Positions 8,847 to 20,344 are shown, numbered from the stretch's first letter. The stretch is 62,305 nucleotides of DNA from a bacterium (GCA_044868695.1 JBIOWP010000115.1:1-62305), one strand, 5' to 3'. The notes: generated by a model from the letters alone, not told the origin. Made by a program: numbers and translations.

Positions 8847-8851
8847 CCTGC

Positions 8852-9826
8852 ATGCCTCCCGGCGTTGTAGCGGTCACGGGCGCCACAGGTTTCATCGGCT
8901 CCCATGTCGTGCGGATGCTCCGCCGCGCGGGAACGCCGGTGCGCGCCGTCGTCCGCCCCGAGACGAAGCGGTCGGAGCGACTGGCCGCCGTCCGCGCGCT
9001 GGGGGTCGAACTGGCATACGCGGACGTCGGCGATCTCGGCGCGCTTGAGCAGGCGCTGGAGGGCTGCGGCGCCGTGGTCCATCTCGTGGCGATCATCCGG
9101 GAACGGGTCGGTGCGACCTTCGATCTGGTCAACCGTCGCGGTGCCGCGGAGGTGGGCGCGGCGGCAAAGGCCGCCGGCGTTGGGCGGATCGTTCATCTCA
9201 GTGCGCTGGGCGCCTCCCCCCAGGCGCCGCGCTATCTGCAGTCCAAGTTCGCAGGGGAAGAAGCCATCCGCCAGTGCGGCGTGGCATCGGTCATTCTTCG
9301 TCCCTCGTTCGTGATCGGTCCGGGCGGGGGAGCGGCCGTGCAGTTTGCCGCCGTCGTGCGGCTGGGTCCCTGGTATCCCCTGGCCCTGCTGGGGGCCCCC
9401 AGCCGGCCGCTGGCGGCGCTGGCTATGCTCACCCCGATCGTACCGGTGCTGGGATCGGGGTCATACCGGTCGATGCCCCTTGACATCCGTGATCTCCTGG
9501 AGGTCATCCGGCAGGCGCTAACCCGCGAGGACACCCTTGGGGACGTGTTCGATCTCGGCGGTCCCGACATCCTGACCTACGACCGGCTCATTGACGAGGT
9601 CGCGGCGGTGCTGAGGGTGCGACGGTGGAAGGCGCACATGCCGCTGTCGTTTGCCCGGGCCCTCGTGCGGGAGTTCCGCAGCCTCCCCAACCCCCCCATC
9701 ACGCTGGACGAGTTTGAGGCCCTGCTCGTTGACAATGTGTGCGACAATACGAAGGCAGTTCGCACCTTCGGGCTCACGCTGAGGCCGTTTCGCGAAGCCA
9801 TGCGACACGCGCTCCAAGGAGATTGA
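8852..9826 (+). CDS. NAD(P)-binding atypical SDR (NDUFA9-like)
   Basis: VAVTGATGFIG, HLSALGA, YLQSK, LRPS. Confidence 0.85.
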   Translation: MPPGVVAVTGATGFIGSHVVRMLRRAGTPVRAVVRPETKRSERLAAVRALGVELAYADVGDLGALEQALEGCGAVVHLVAIIRERVGATFDLVNRRGAAEVGAAAKAAGVGRIVHLSALGASPQAPRYLQSKFAGEEAIRQCGVASVILRPSFVIGPGGGAAVQFAAVVRLGPWYPLALLGAPSRPLAALAMLTPIVPVLGSGSYRSMPLDIRDLLEVIRQALTREDTLGDVFDLGGPDILTYDRLIDEVAAVLRVRRWKAHMPLSFARALVREFRSLPNPPITLDEFEALLVDNVCDNTKAVRTFGLTLRPFREAMRHALQGD

Positions 9827-9828
9827 CG

Positions 9829-10224
9829 GTGGGACACGATCCAGCCGGGCCGGAATCGACGATCGGTGTGATCGGCCGGTTGCTCCAACATATCGCGGCG
9901 CTGGTGGAGGCGCGGGCCGATCTGACCCAGCAGGAAGTACGGGCGGCGCTGCGCGACGTCGCCATCGCGCTCTTCCTGCTGGTGGCGGCGCTGGCGCTCG
10001 TGCTGCTGATGGTGCCGGTGGCGGTGGCGGTGCTGATCCTGGCGCTGACCCAGGTGGTGCCGGTCTGGCTCGCGACGGCGATCGTCCTGGCGGCCATGGT
10101 GCTGGTTATCGCGGTGCTGGTCCTGGCGGCGCGGCTGCGCCTGCGACGGCGGCGGCTCACGTTTCTCAACGGCCTGCGTGAGGACTGGCGGCTCATCCGG
10201 CAGGCGCTGGAGCGGCAGCGATGA
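9829..10224 (+). CDS. YqjE/'phage holin 3_6'-like membrane protein
   Basis: Amphipathic N-terminal helix plus two TM helices; paired with a DUF3618-like gene. Confidence 0.65.
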   Translation: MGHDPAGPESTIGVIGRLLQHIAALVEARADLTQQEVRAALRDVAIALFLLVAALALVLLMVPVAVAVLILALTQVVPVWLATAIVLAAMVLVIAVLVLAARLRLRRRRLTFLNGLREDWRLIRQALERQR

Positions 10225-10514
10225 CCCCGCGCGGAGGCGATCCCACGGCGGCGGGCGCGCGGGTGGCCGAACTGCGCGAGGAGATCGCATCGGACCTGAC
10301 GGCGCTGCGCCGGACGTGGTCGCAGCGGTCACAGTGGGCGTACGGGGCGACCGGCAGTCTCACCGCACGGGCGTCCCGGCTCCGCGGCCTCCCGACCTGG
10401 GCGGTCGGCGCCATCGCCGGATTGCTGGCAGGCGTCTGGTCGGCGCTGCGAAAGCCCCGCGCGCGGAGTGAACGCGGCGGGCCGGTCCGGCGCTCTCGTA
10501 GCAGAGGTGTATAA
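10221..10514 (+). CDS. DUF3618-like hypothetical protein
   Basis: ELREEIASDLTAL coiled segment plus C-terminal TM; ATGA overlap. Confidence 0.55.
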   Translation: MTPRGGDPTAAGARVAELREEIASDLTALRRTWSQRSQWAYGATGSLTARASRLRGLPTWAVGAIAGLLAGVWSALRKPRARSERGGPVRRSRSRGV

Positions 10515-10533
10515 TCGAGCCAGGGGGTGACGC

Positions 10534-10722
10534 ATGCCCAACATCGGATGGCCCGAATTGGTCGTCATCCTCGTCCTTGCGCTGTTGATCTTCGGCCCCC
10601 AGCGGCTGGCCGGGATCGGCGGGGCGATGGGACGAGCAATTCGGGAATTCCGCGGCGCGGTGCGCGACGCGGAGAGCGAACTGGAGAAACCGCCGACCTC
10701 GCCTGAAAAGAAGAATTCCTGA
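10534..10722 (+). CDS. tatA: Twin-arginine translocase subunit TatA
   Basis: IGWPELVVILVLALLIFGPQRL...GRAIREFR. Confidence 0.95.
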   Translation: MPNIGWPELVVILVLALLIFGPQRLAGIGGAMGRAIREFRGAVRDAESELEKPPTSPEKKNS

Positions 10723-10743
10723 CCCGCTCGGTGAGGGAAACCG

Positions 10744-11472
10744 TTGGAAGACCGCCCAATGACGATCGTTGAGCACCTCGAGGAGCTGCGGGTGCGGCTC
10801 CTCGTTTCTTTGGGCGCCTTTGGCGTGGCGACCGCCCTCAGTTTCCTGCTTGTCGAACGCATCCTCCATCTGCTGCTGCAGCCGGTCGGCCGGGTCGTCT
10901 TCCTGGCCCCCACCGAAGCGTTCTTTGTCCGCCTGAAGGTCGCCGCCCTGTCCGGGGTCTTTCTGAGTCTTCCGGTCATCCTGTTCCAGGTCTGGCGGTT
11001 CGTCTCCGTGGGGCTCACCCCCACCGAGCGCCGGTATACGCTGTCCCTGCTGCCGGCCGCCCTGGTGTTATTTGCCGCTGGGGGGGCGTTTGCGTTTCTG
11101 GTCATCCTGCCCATCGGCGTCCGCTTCCTGCTGAGCTATCAGACCGAGAACCTGGTGCCGATGATTTCGGTCCAGGCCTACACCTCGTTCGCCACGGCCT
11201 TCGTCCTGGCGTTTGGGCTGCTGTTTCAGCTGCCGGTGGTCATCCTGTTCCTGGCCCGGATCGGGCTGGTCACCCCGGCCAGCCTGGCGGCGGGCCGGAA
11301 GTACGCCCTGCTGGCGATTGTCGTCGCCTCGGCCGTCCTCACGCCGGGCGGCGACGTCGTCTCCCAGATGCTGATGGCGGCGCCGACCTACCTGCTCTAT
11401 GAGGCGAGCATCTGGATTGCCCGCCTGGTCCACCCGCGACCGGTTCCGCAGGAATCGCCTGACACAAACTAG
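10744..11472 (+). CDS. tatC: Twin-arginine translocase subunit TatC
   Basis: EHLEELRVRL, PTEAF, FQLPV, LTPGGD, LYE. Confidence 0.96.
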   Translation: MEDRPMTIVEHLEELRVRLLVSLGAFGVATALSFLLVERILHLLLQPVGRVVFLAPTEAFFVRLKVAALSGVFLSLPVILFQVWRFVSVGLTPTERRYTLSLLPAALVLFAAGGAFAFLVILPIGVRFLLSYQTENLVPMISVQAYTSFATAFVLAFGLLFQLPVVILFLARIGLVTPASLAAGRKYALLAIVVASAVLTPGGDVVSQMLMAAPTYLLYEASIWIARLVHPRPVPQESPDTN

Positions 11473-11493
11473 TAGCCACTGGAGCAGCGAATA

Positions 11494-11545
11494 CGGTAGG
11501 CAGTCAGCAGTGGGCGGCAACTGCCTCCTGCATGCCGCCTGCTGT
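11494..11545. repeat. Degenerate heptamer repeat hairpin
   Basis: cggtagg cagtcag cagtggg cgg ... ctg cctcctg catgccg cctgctg. Confidence 0.5.
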
Positions 11546-11561
11546 TCTTACGGAGGTACTC

Positions 11562-11822
11562 GTGGTTCGTCGCACGCGTAGCCCCTGGTGGGTCCTGATC
11601 CTCGTCGTCTTTGTCGGGGCCCTCCTGGGCAGCGTCATCGCCGAAGCCGTCGCGCCCTATCCCGTGCTCTCCGTGCTCTCCCGGGACGTACGCGCGGGCA
11701 TCGACCCTCCGCTGACGGTAGACGTGCGCGTCCTGACCGTGACCGTCGGCGCCACGCTGCGCCTGAACCTGGCCATCCTCATTGGCGTCGTGATCGCGAT
11801 CTGGATCTTCCGGCTCCTGTAA
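11562..11822 (+). CDS. DUF4321-like membrane protein
   Basis: GGAGG RBS at 11552; TM...TVDVRVLTVTVGATLRLNLA; usual position before radC. Confidence 0.75.
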   Translation: MVRRTRSPWWVLILVVFVGALLGSVIAEAVAPYPVLSVLSRDVRAGIDPPLTVDVRVLTVTVGATLRLNLAILIGVVIAIWIFRLL

Positions 11823-11848
11823 TAGCTCAGTTGAGCTACTCCATACAT

Positions 11849-11877
11849 TTGAATCCCTCCGGGTCGGTTGCTATACT
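11849..11877 (+). promoter_or_regulatory. Sigma70-type promoter for radC-mre
   Basis: TTGAAT-17 nt-TATACT with extended TG. Confidence 0.6.
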
Positions 11878-11890
11878 TGGGGCGTTTCTC

Positions 11891-12565
11891 GTGACCATCA
11901 AAGAACTTCCCGCAGAACTTCGCCCGCGTGAGCGCCTGCGAACCAGTGGCGCGGGCTCCCTCTCTACGGCAGAACTGCTGGCACTGGTCATCGGGACCGG
12001 TACCCGCCAGACGACCGCCCTTGAACTAGGCGCGTCCTTGCTCGGCCGCTACGGGGCGGCGGGTGGGCTGGCCCGGGCGAGCGTGGAGGAACTGGCCACC
12101 CTCCCCGGGATCGGCGAGACCAAAGCGGCTAGGGTGCTGGCTGCCCTGGAGCTGGGCCGCCGGGTGCTGGAGCCACCGCCGCAGCGGCAGGCCGTGCGGA
12201 GTGCGGCGGAGGCGGCCGCGTTGTGCGCGTCGATGCGCACGCTCGACCGGGAGCACTTCCGGGCCATCTTGCTGAATACCCGGCACGAGGTGGTGGGCAT
12301 CGCCGATGTGTCGATCGGGGGCCTGGCCTCGGCCCCCGTGCACCCGCGGGAGGTGTTCAAGGAGGCCATCCGCCGCAGCGCCGCCGCGGTGATCGTCGTC
12401 CACAACCATCCGTCCGGGCACCCGGAGCCCAGCCGGGACGATGTTCTCATTACCGAGCAGCTGCGGGCGGCGGGGCGCCTGGTCGGGATCGAGGTCCTGG
12501 ACCACATTATCATCGGGGAACGGTCCTTCCTCAGTTTGCGCGAACAGCGGCAGGGATTTCCGTAA
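11891..12565 (+). CDS. radC: RadC (JAB domain) protein
   Basis: RPRERL, HhH GIGETKA, VHPREVF, HNHPSG, LDHIIIG. Confidence 0.95.
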   Translation: MTIKELPAELRPRERLRTSGAGSLSTAELLALVIGTGTRQTTALELGASLLGRYGAAGGLARASVEELATLPGIGETKAARVLAALELGRRVLEPPPQRQAVRSAAEAAALCASMRTLDREHFRAILLNTRHEVVGIADVSIGGLASAPVHPREVFKEAIRRSAAAVIVVHNHPSGHPEPSRDDVLITEQLRAAGRLVGIEVLDHIIIGERSFLSLREQRQGFP

Positions 12566-13684
<1,119 letters not shown>

Positions 13685-13697
13685 CCGGGATGGCGCG

Positions 13698-14519
13698 ATG
13701 ACCGAGCTCATTGCCGTCAGGCGGCGGCTTGCGATCTTCCTGGGACTGTTCCTGTTTGTGGTCGCCCTGCTCACCTCGCAGGCCCGCAGCCCTGACCGCC
13801 GGCAGGTGGGGGCGATCGGCACGGTGGTGCTGAGCGTGCTCCTGCCGCTGCAGGCCGGGATGGCGCGCGTCGCCGACGGGATGGGCCGCATGTGGGAGCT
13901 CTATACGGAAATCGGTCGGCTGCGGGTCGAAAATACCCGCCTGCGCGAAGAGCTGGATGTGCTGGCCCGGGAGACCTCCGCCCTGCGTGAGCGTGCGGAG
14001 GCCGCCCGGCGATTGGAGCGTCTGCTTGAGTTCCGGGGCCAGGTCGAGTACCGGTCGCTGGCGGCCCGCGTGATCGGGCGGGATGCGTCCCGGTGGTTCG
14101 GGACGCTGCTGATTGACCGGGGAAGCCGGGAAGGGATCCAGCGCAACGCGCCGGTGGTGACCGCCGATGGGGTCGTGGGCCGTGTGATCGAGGTGACGGC
14201 GACCGCGGCCCGCGTGCTGCTCATCGCCGACTCCCGGAGCGCCGTCGGCGTGCTCGTCCAGCGGTCGCGCGACCTGGCCGTGGTCGAGGGGCGCAGCGAG
14301 CGGATGCTGCACATGAAGTACCTGTCGCGTACGACGCAGGTCGAGTCCGGTGATCTGGTGATCACCTCCGGACAGGGAGGGATCTTCCCGGGGGGCCTCG
14401 TGGTGGGCCACATTACCCGGGTCGTCAAAGAGGAAGGCGAGCTGCTGCAGGAGGCCGAGGTGGAGCCGGCCGCCGCGCTGGACCGCCTCGAAGAGGTGCT
14501 GATCCTGCTGCCGCGCTAA
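13698..14519 (+). CDS. mreC: Rod shape-determining protein MreC
   Basis: TM, coiled coil, IDRGSREG, TSGQGGIFP; position after mreB. Confidence 0.95.
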   Translation: MTELIAVRRRLAIFLGLFLFVVALLTSQARSPDRRQVGAIGTVVLSVLLPLQAGMARVADGMGRMWELYTEIGRLRVENTRLREELDVLARETSALRERAEAARRLERLLEFRGQVEYRSLAARVIGRDASRWFGTLLIDRGSREGIQRNAPVVTADGVVGRVIEVTATAARVLLIADSRSAVGVLVQRSRDLAVVEGRSERMLHMKYLSRTTQVESGDLVITSGQGGIFPGGLVVGHITRVVKEEGELLQEAEVEPAAALDRLEEVLILLPR

Positions 14520-14525
14520 GCGTTG

Positions 14526-14578
14526 CAGGACTCGATAGACCCGAGAGACTCGATAGGCGATGTAGTCCATAGGTTCGC
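14526..14578. repeat. Degenerate 9-mer repeat in the mreC-mreD spacer
   Basis: caggactcg atagacccg agagactcg ataggcg. Confidence 0.5.
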
Positions 14579-14661
14579 AAGGATGTCGGGATGTGGATGG
14601 TGTGTTGAGGAGGGTGTGTGACGGGCAAACGGTGGCGTTTGCCGGGCTGTAGAAGGTTGCG

Positions 14662-15159
14662 GTGAGCCGGGCACTGGTCTACGTCGGCGTCCTGCTGGTG
14701 GCGGCGCTGGTGCAGGCCGCGTGGCTGGCGCGTGTGCAGGTGTCGGGGGCGGCGCTCGACCCGCTGTTGCCCTTCGTTGTGGGGATGGGAATCCTCCGGG
14801 GGGCGGAGAGCGGCGCCGTGGCGGGCGTGGCAGCAGGGTTGCTGCAGGACCTGCTGTCAGGCGGCGGTCCGCTGGGCGTTCACGGGCTCAGCAAGCTGGT
14901 CGTCGGGTTCGCCTCAGGGTTGTTTGAGCGCAGCATCTATATCGAGAACCCTCTCCTGCCCGCCATCGCCACCTTCGCGGGAACGTTGCTGGGCGAGGTC
15001 CTGCTCGTCATCGTCTCGCTGATCGTGGGCCTGGGCACGCCGCCCTGGCCCGCGGTCCTGGCCAAGATGATCGTGCAGGCGCTGCTCAACAGCGCGATCG
15101 CACCACTGCTGTTCCGCGGGATCCGGGCTATCGAAGACCGGCTCCAGCGGGAACATTAG
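14662..15159 (+). CDS. mreD: Rod shape-determining protein MreD
   Basis: Hydrophobic protein with GLLQDLLS; operon position. Confidence 0.92.
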   Translation: MSRALVYVGVLLVAALVQAAWLARVQVSGAALDPLLPFVVGMGILRGAESGAVAGVAAGLLQDLLSGGGPLGVHGLSKLVVGFASGLFERSIYIENPLLPAIATFAGTLLGEVLLVIVSLIVGLGTPPWPAVLAKMIVQALLNSAIAPLLFRGIRAIEDRLQREH

Positions 15160-15179
15160 CGCGAGGGAACAACGGGGCG

Positions 15180-16946
15180 ATGGATGTGAAGCAGCCGTCG
15201 AGGCGGCTGGTCAGTCTTGGGCTGATCATCGGGGTGCTTCTCGGCATCCTGGTTGTGCGATTGTGGCAGATCCAGGTGCTGCAGGGCGCCGCCTTCCTCC
15301 GCCAGTCCGAAGAGAACCGTGTCCGTGACTACACGCTCGCCGCCCCGCGCGGTATTATCTACGATCGCAAGGGCCGACCGCTCGTCACGAACCGGCCGTC
15401 GTTCACCGTCGCCGTCCTCCCTCTTGAACTCCAGGACCCGGACATCGTGGTTCCTCGCCTGGCCGCGATCCTCGGGGTGACGCCGGAGGAGATCACGGCC
15501 CGCATCGCCGGCAACCGCCCGCGGCCGTTTGAACCCGTCCGCATCAAGCGTGACGTTGGATCCAGCGTGGTTGCGATGGTTGAGGAAAACCGCCTCGACC
15601 TGCCGGGGGTCATCATCCTCTCCGAACCGGTGCGCTACTACCTGCACGGCAAGATGGCCGCGCCCGTGCTGGGGTATCTGGGCGAGATTGATCCTGAGGA
15701 GCTGGCGACCCGCCGCGGCGACCGCTATAAGCCCGGCGATCTCGTCGGCAAGGCCGGCGTGGAACGGGCCTACGAATCGATCCTGCGCGGCGAGGACGGC
15801 CGCCTGCGGATGGAAGTCGATGCACTGGGGCGTCCGCTCCGGGTGCTGTCGCGCGTTCCGGCGAGTCCCGGGCGCGCCATCGCGCTCACGATCGATCTGG
15901 ATGTACAGAAGGTCGCCTATCAGGCGCTGGTCGCCACCGGCCAGCCGGTCGGCGCGGCGGTCGTCATGGACCCGGCGACCGGCGAGGTGCTCGCGATGGC
16001 CAGCATCCCCTCGTTCGATCCGAACACCTTTGCCATCGGCCTCAGCCCCGCGGCCTGGCAGGCCATCACCACCGACCGCGCCAGGCCGCTGCTCAATCGC
16101 GCGATCGCCGCGACCTATGAACCGGGGTCGGTCTTCAAGCTGGTCACGGCGACGGCGGCGCTGGACCGCGGCATCGTCTCGCGCCGGACGATGTTTGACG
16201 CCCCGGGGTACTTTCAGCTGGGACAGTGGACGTTCGGCGACCTGCGGGCCTGGGGGCGGATTGATTTTCTCACCGGGTTCGCCAACTCGGTGAACGTCGT
16301 CTTCTACACACTCGGCTACCGTCTCGGCGGCGAGGAGCTGGCAAACCACGCGCTGATGATGGGATTGGGAGAGATGACCGGTATCGACCTGCCCGGTGAG
16401 ATCAACGGCACCATCCCCAGTCCTTCCACCAAAGAACAGCTGGTGGGGGAGCCGTGGTACCCGGGCGACAGCGTTAACATGTCGATCGGGCAGGGCGCGG
16501 TGACGGTCACGCCCATCCAGGTGGCGCGGATGGTCGGTGGTATTGCCACCGGTGGACAGCTGGTGCAGCCCCGCCTGCTGCTGGTGAGTTACGACCGGGA
16601 CCGCACACCTCACCGCATGGCCCCTGTGCTGCAGCGCGTGGTGCCGTACGACGACGCCTCGTTGACCATCCTGCGCGAGGGGATGCGCGCGGTCGTCGAG
16701 CGCGGCAGTGGGTACGCCGCCCGGATCCCGGGGCTGGCCGTGGCCGGAAAGACCGGCAGTGCGGAGAACCCGCGCGGCCGGCCGCACGCGTGGTTCGCCG
16801 GATATGCTCCGGCCGCCGCTCCCCGGCTCGTCGTCGTCGCGTTCGTGGAACACGGCTTCCGGGGCGGGATCGCGGCGGCGCCGGTGGCGCGGGCCCTCTT
16901 TCAGGCCGCGCTGCCGCGCGCGGCGGGCGGGGAGACGGACCGATGA
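15180..16946 (+). CDS. mrdA: Penicillin-binding protein 2
   Basis: APRGIIYDRKG, SVFK, SVN, KTG motifs. Confidence 0.96.
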   Translation: MDVKQPSRRLVSLGLIIGVLLGILVVRLWQIQVLQGAAFLRQSEENRVRDYTLAAPRGIIYDRKGRPLVTNRPSFTVAVLPLELQDPDIVVPRLAAILGVTPEEITARIAGNRPRPFEPVRIKRDVGSSVVAMVEENRLDLPGVIILSEPVRYYLHGKMAAPVLGYLGEIDPEELATRRGDRYKPGDLVGKAGVERAYESILRGEDGRLRMEVDALGRPLRVLSRVPASPGRAIALTIDLDVQKVAYQALVATGQPVGAAVVMDPATGEVLAMASIPSFDPNTFAIGLSPAAWQAITTDRARPLLNRAIAATYEPGSVFKLVTATAALDRGIVSRRTMFDAPGYFQLGQWTFGDLRAWGRIDFLTGFANSVNVVFYTLGYRLGGEELANHALMMGLGEMTGIDLPGEINGTIPSPSTKEQLVGEPWYPGDSVNMSIGQGAVTVTPIQVARMVGGIATGGQLVQPRLLLVSYDRDRTPHRMAPVLQRVVPYDDASLTILREGMRAVVERGSGYAARIPGLAVAGKTGSAENPRGRPHAWFAGYAPAAAPRLVVVAFVEHGFRGGIAAAPVARALFQAALPRAAGGETDR

Positions 16947-18037
16947 GCCGCCGGCTGCTGCGGTACCTGGACTGGCCGCTGCTCGCCGCCACCCTCGTGC
17001 TCGTGGCCGGGGGGGCGGTGGTTCTGTACAGTGCGGTCCAGAACACCGCCGATCCGTGGGCCTTCGTGCGGGCGCGGGTGGTGCACGGCGTGATCGGCCT
17101 CCTCGTGCTGGCGGTCATGGCCGCCGTAGACTACCAGACGATCGCGCGGGTGTGGCGTCCGCTCCTCGCCACCACGCTTGTCCTGCTGGCCGCGGTACTG
17201 GTGATCGGGCGAACATCCGGGGGCGCGCAGCGCTGGATCCTGCTGGGGCCGCTCGGCGGCTTCCAGCCCTCAGAGGTGGCGAAGCTCGCGCTCATCATTA
17301 CGCTCGCCAAGCACCTCGATGGGCACAGGGAGCTGGGGTCCGTCCGCGCGTTCTTTCCGGTGCTGGTCCATGCGGCGGTGCCGATGGCGCTGATCATGCG
17401 GCAGCCGGATCTCGGGACGGCGATGGTGCTCGCGGCGATTGTGATGGGGATGCTGTTCGTCTCAGGCGCGCCCCTGCGGGTCCTGGGCGCCTTGGGGGCC
17501 GGCGCGGCCGCCCTCGCACCGCTGGCGTGGGGGATGCTCCACGACTACCAGCGCCAGCGGCTGCTGGTGTTCATCGATCCCACCGCCGATCCCCTTGGAG
17601 CAGGCTACGCCCTCATCCAGTCCAAAATCGCGGTGGGCTCGGGCCAGGTCCTTGGGAAGGGGTTGCTCCACGGCACGCAAAACCTGCTGCATTTCATTCC
17701 CGAGCAGCACACCGACTTCATCTTTACCGTGATCGGGGAGGAGTTGGGGTTCGCCGGGGCGTTGGTGACGCTGGGGTTGTTCGCGCTGTGGCTCTGGCGT
17801 GGTCTGGCCATCGCCGCTGCGGCCAAGGACCGTCTCGGGCAGGTGATCGCGGCCGGCGCCGTGGCCATGATCGCGTTCCATGTGTTTGTCAACGTCGGGA
17901 TGACGGTGGGGCTCATGCCGATTACCGGGATCCCGCTGCCGTTCGTCAGCCACGGGGGCAGCGCCCTGACGATGATGATGGGCGCTGCGGGCCTGTTGCT
18001 CAACGTCGGGATGCGTCGGAAAAAGATTCTGTTCTAA
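16943..18037 (+). CDS. rodA: Peptidoglycan glycosyltransferase RodA
   Basis: GAQRWI, QPSEVAK, PEQHTDFIF, PITGIPLPFVS. Confidence 0.96.
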   Translation: MSRRLLRYLDWPLLAATLVLVAGGAVVLYSAVQNTADPWAFVRARVVHGVIGLLVLAVMAAVDYQTIARVWRPLLATTLVLLAAVLVIGRTSGGAQRWILLGPLGGFQPSEVAKLALIITLAKHLDGHRELGSVRAFFPVLVHAAVPMALIMRQPDLGTAMVLAAIVMGMLFVSGAPLRVLGALGAGAAALAPLAWGMLHDYQRQRLLVFIDPTADPLGAGYALIQSKIAVGSGQVLGKGLLHGTQNLLHFIPEQHTDFIFTVIGEELGFAGALVTLGLFALWLWRGLAIAAAAKDRLGQVIAAGAVAMIAFHVFVNVGMTVGLMPITGIPLPFVSHGGSALTMMMGAAGLLLNVGMRRKKILF

Positions 18038-18061
18038 CGACAAGCATTCGAAGGAGTCGTC

Positions 18062-19711
18062 ATGGCTAAGGAGATTATCGCGAACGTCGAACCGTACGAG
18101 ACCCGGGTGGCCGTGCTCGATGACGGGGCTCTGGTCAATTTCTTTCTCGAGCGTGGGGAACCACTGGCCGGCAACATCTACAAGGGCCGGGTCGCCAACG
18201 TCCTGCCGGGGATGGAGGCGGCGTTTGTGGACATCGGCCTGGAGCGCAATGCCTTCCTCCACGTCGGCGACATCCGCTCCCAGCGCCTGGCCGGGGAGGA
18301 AGTCGAGGAGTCCTTCGGCAGGGGCGCGATCGCCGAGCGCCTGCGCGTAGGTCAGGAAATCCTGGTGCAGGTGACCAAGGAGCCGATGGGCAGCAAGGGG
18401 GCCCGCGTGACGACGTATGTCGCCCTGCCGGCGTACTTCCTCGTCCTGATGCCGACGGTGAACTACGTCGGCGTGAGCCGGCGGATCGAGCACGACCAGG
18501 AGCGCCGGCGGCTCCGCCAGCTGGCCGACAAGCTCCGTCCCAAAGGTATGGGGGTGATCGTCCGCACGGCCGCCGAGGGCGCGACCGAGAAGGAGCTGGC
18601 CGACGACATTCAGTTCCTGCTCCAGATGTGGACCCGGGTGGAGGAACGCTCGCGCAGCAGCCGGGCGCCGGCGCTCGTGTACCAGGACCTGCGGCTGATC
18701 CGCCGGATCGTCCGCGATTTGTTCACCGAGGACGTGACCCGGTTCCTCGTGGACTCCGCAGAGGAGTTTCACCGGGTCCAGGATCTGCTGAATTCGTTCG
18801 CGCCGAAACTGAAGCCGCGGCTGCAGCTGTACCGGAGCCCGGAGCCGGTCTTCGAGCACACCGGCGTGGAGCGTGAGCTGGAAAAAGCGCTGCGCCGGAA
18901 AGTCTGGCTCAAGTCCGGCGGGTATGTTGTCGTCGATCGCACCGAGGCGCTGACCGTCATCGACGTCAACACCGGCAAGTACGTCGGCAAGACCGATCTG
19001 GCGTCGACCATCCTGCGTACCAACCTGGAGGCCGTAGGGGAGATTGTCCGGCAGATCACCCTGCGGGATATCGGTGGGATCATCCTCGTGGATTTCATCG
19101 ATATGGAGAGCGAGCAGCACCGCAAGAAAGTCATGGCGGCGCTGCACGAGGCGGTCCGGCGCGACCGGTCCAAACTGCACATCATCGATCTCACCGGCCT
19201 GGGACTGGTCGAGATCACGCGCAAGCGCGTGTATCAGGACCTCGAGGAAGTCATGCGCACGCCCTGTCCGTATTGCGAGGGTCGGGGGCGGGTCCTGTCC
19301 GCGGACGCCATGGGGATGAAGGTCCGGCGCGAGCTGCGCAAGGCCGTCAAAGCAGCCAAGGCGGCCGCGCTGCTCGCGGACGTTCACCCCGATGTGCATG
19401 CGTTCCTGTTCCGCGAGGGCGACGGCTGGATGCGCCAGCTGGCGGAGCACAGCGGCCGGCGGGTACGGGTCCGCCCCCAAGAGGGGATGCACATCGAGCG
19501 GCTGAGGATCGTCGAAGGGCCGTCGCTGGAGGAACTGGAGCGCGCCCCGGTGCGGGAGGACCGCCGAGAGCAGGTCTACTGGTTGGACTTCGGTCCGGCC
19601 GAGACCGTCGGGATCGGGGAGGTTGACGAGGAAGAGGAGCTGGCCCTGGCGGCCGCCGGCCGGAAAGACGGGCTCGGAGCAAAGCTGCGCCGGTTGCTGC
19701 GCAAGACGTAA
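18062..19711 (+). CDS. rng: Ribonuclease E/G family
   Basis: GNIYKGRV, AAFVDIG, IDVNTG, DFIDM, CPYC. Confidence 0.93.
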   Translation: MAKEIIANVEPYETRVAVLDDGALVNFFLERGEPLAGNIYKGRVANVLPGMEAAFVDIGLERNAFLHVGDIRSQRLAGEEVEESFGRGAIAERLRVGQEILVQVTKEPMGSKGARVTTYVALPAYFLVLMPTVNYVGVSRRIEHDQERRRLRQLADKLRPKGMGVIVRTAAEGATEKELADDIQFLLQMWTRVEERSRSSRAPALVYQDLRLIRRIVRDLFTEDVTRFLVDSAEEFHRVQDLLNSFAPKLKPRLQLYRSPEPVFEHTGVERELEKALRRKVWLKSGGYVVVDRTEALTVIDVNTGKYVGKTDLASTILRTNLEAVGEIVRQITLRDIGGIILVDFIDMESEQHRKKVMAALHEAVRRDRSKLHIIDLTGLGLVEITRKRVYQDLEEVMRTPCPYCEGRGRVLSADAMGMKVRRELRKAVKAAKAAALLADVHPDVHAFLFREGDGWMRQLAEHSGRRVRVRPQEGMHIERLRIVEGPSLEELERAPVREDRREQVYWLDFGPAETVGIGEVDEEEELALAAAGRKDGLGAKLRRLLRKT

Positions 19712-19747
19712 GTGTGATAAAATACGCCAGGCGCGCGGGGGTCAAGC

Positions 19748-20059
19748 ATGTACGCAGTCATCGAAACGGGCGGCAAACAATATCGGGTGGAGGAAGGGCT
19801 CACCCTGAAGGTCGAGCGGCTGCGGGCCGAGCCGGGGGCGTCCGTCACCCTCGACAAAGTGCTGCTGGTCACCGACGGGAAAGCGACGAAGATCGGGACC
19901 CCGATGGTCACGGGCGCCAAGGTTGTGGCGACGGTCGTCGCCCACGGCAAGAGCAAGAAGGTTCTCGTCATGAAGTACAAATCGAAGGTGCACTACCGCC
20001 GCCGGACCGGGCACCGGCAGCAGTACACGACGCTTCGCATCGACAAGATCGAAAGCTAG
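19748..20059 (+). CDS. rplU: 50S ribosomal protein L21
   Basis: [14 protein letters not shown]...GHRQ. Confidence 0.99.
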   Translation: MYAVIETGGKQYRVEEGLTLKVERLRAEPGASVTLDKVLLVTDGKATKIGTPMVTGAKVVATVVAHGKSKKVLVMKYKSKVHYRRRTGHRQQYTTLRIDKIES

Positions 20060-20071
20060 GCGGAGGATCGC

Positions 20072-20332
20072 ATGGCGCATAAAAAGGGCATGGGCTCGTC
20101 CCGCAACGGGCGGGACAGCAAGAGCAAGCGGCTGGGGATCAAACGGTTTGGGGGCCAGGTCGTGACCGCCGGCAGTATCCTGGTGCGGCAGCGGGGGACC
20201 AAGGTGTGGCCGGGGACCAACGTGGGCCTGGGCCGGGATCACACGCTGTTCGCACTCGTGGACGGGGTGGTGGCGTGGGAGCGGCGCGGCCGCGACGGCA
20301 GGCAGGTCAGCGTCCATCCTGGCATCGCCTAG
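20072..20332 (+). CDS. rpmA: 50S ribosomal protein L27 (short form; no prp gene)
   Basis: [16 protein letters not shown]. Confidence 0.99.
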   Translation: MAHKKGMGSSRNGRDSKSKRLGIKRFGGQVVTAGSILVRQRGTKVWPGTNVGLGRDHTLFALVDGVVAWERRGRDGRQVSVHPGIA

Positions 20333-20344
20333 TACACGAGTTGA

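Noticed and set aside
9829-10514. Prophage lysis cassette
   Set aside because: The holin-like family is the chromosomal YqjE/DUF3618 pair; no phage genes nearby.
11891-12565. RadC as a mobile-element marker
   Set aside because: Full-length radC directly before mreBCD is the usual chromosomal arrangement.
15156-19492. Long antisense ORFs (565 aa, 676 aa and similar ones elsewhere)
   Set aside because: Shadows of high-GC genes on the opposite strand with no recognisable motifs.
19748-20332. Missing prp gene between rplU and rpmA
   Set aside because: L27 starts MAHKKG with no cleavable extension, so the absence is expected.
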